Below are positions 25,464 through 26,142 of a DNA stretch of 26,142 nt, piece after piece (position 1 is the first letter of the stretch; each line of letters opens with the position of its first letter). Below the pieces are notes generated by a model. The model was not told where the DNA came from and ran no database searches. It saw only the letters and a list, made by a program, of their open reading frames with translations. Source of the stretch: a virus (taxonomy: Duplodnaviria; Caudoviricetes); IMG/VR virus record IMGVR_UViG_3300032237_000405, positions 1 through 26,142 of that record. One strand, written 5' to 3'. The position numbers were made by a program, and so were the translations under genes.

Positions 25464-26142
25464 CACAATGGTATTATGAGAGAAATAATGAATTACTAAA
25501 TTCATCTATCAATAAGACTTTTGAAGAAATCTTATGGATGTCAAAGGATGAATTTCGTCAATGGGTAATTGATTTGAGAAAGACTGTGGTTGACCTTTGG
25601 GATAATAAGAATCTTCCTCCTCGCGTCGGTTTCGATAAGCAAGGCATTATTGACCAATTCAATCAAATGGAAAGTTTTCCTGTTCATGATTTTGAATGTG
25701 TTGATGAACTGACAGGAGAAAAAGATGTTATCCGTAATACTAGTGTAATTGGTAATGCAGTCAATCAATGGTTTCCTACCATGATGAAGACTCGTATTAA
25801 TTATACAAAGAAAGATGACGGTAAGTCCATCTATGATTATTTTGCAAAGGAAGAACTACTTGAAACGTTCATCACTTACGCTAGTCGTCATTTTAAGCGT
25901 GATTCTTTTTATCACTACTCACATGTTGCCAAAGCAGATGACAAAACATATTACAGTCACCTTCCCGTAGTATCTGATGGTGCAACCTGGGTAAAAGAGT
26001 TTGAAGAGAAATTCAGACAACGAGGTGAATATGATTACTGGTTGCAACCAAAAGAACTTGATTCTGAATATACCGGTTATAGTGAAGAATTAAGAAATAC
26101 AAAATACTTAGTGATTCATAAAAGTGACATTGAAGCACTTAA
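25460..26142 (+). CDS. 3'-truncated phage protein missing from the ORF track; possibly the N-terminus of a DNA methyltransferase-like protein
   Basis: ATGA overlap with the hydroxylase stop; open for 227 codons to the window end (MTQWYYERNNELLNSSINKTFEEILWM...NQWFPTMMKTRINY...RHFKRDSFYHYS). The ORF is solid; the MTase idea is only my recollection of similar phage proteins, and no catalytic motif lies in the window. Confidence 0.55.
   Translation, partial: MTQWYYERNNELLNSSINKTFEEILWMSKDEFRQWVIDLRKTVVDLWDNKNLPPRVGFDKQGIIDQFNQMESFPVHDFECVDELTGEKDVIRNTSVIGNAVNQWFPTMMKTRINYTKKDDGKSIYDYFAKEELLETFITYASRHFKRDSFYHYSHVAKADDKTYYSHLPVVSDGATWVKEFEEKFRQRGEYDYWLQPKELDSEYTGYSEELRNTKYLVIHKSDIEAL

Noticed and set aside
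24944-25468. 174-aa minus-strand ORF, and other minus-strand or nested ORFs such as 659..1036, 7964..8395 and 16284..16655
   Set aside because: They lie wholly over well-supported + strand genes, show no recognisable motifs, and look like codon-bias shadows.
1-26142. tRNA/rRNA genes or an alternative genetic code
   Set aside because: Intergenic gaps are short (under about 100 nt) with no cloverleaf seen, and all core genes translate full-length in code 11.

Overview
This window is a co-directional (+ strand), AT-rich segment of a T4-like (T-even superfamily) myovirus with cyanophage/environmental-type gene order. It opens with the end of a glycine-rich fibre/adhesin-like gene and two accessory virion genes. 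The core morphogenesis block follows: gp13, gp14, gp15, gp16, gp17, gp18, gp19, gp20, three prohead-region ORFs, gp21, gp22, gp23 and gp3. Next come uvsY, uvsW, a hypothetical gene, the late sigma factor gp55, an inserted GT17-like glycosyltransferase plus TagD-like cytidylyltransferase, gp47 and gp46. The window ends with a coupled run of peptide deformylase, a two-domain protein with a C-terminal 2OG-Fe(II) hydroxylase, and a 3'-truncated ORF. Regulatory signals include TATAAATA-type late promoters, two tetraloop terminators and a perfect sigma70 promoter for uvsY. The best candidates for undescribed biology are: (i) a compact switch upstream of gp55 (antisense sigma70 promoter, divergent sense promoter sharing a palindromic -35, out-of-frame uORF); (ii) a modular, protease-cleavable gp67-position polyprotein; (iii) the two enzyme cassettes flanking gp47/gp46. 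All calls come from reading motifs and synteny by eye; no database searches were run.
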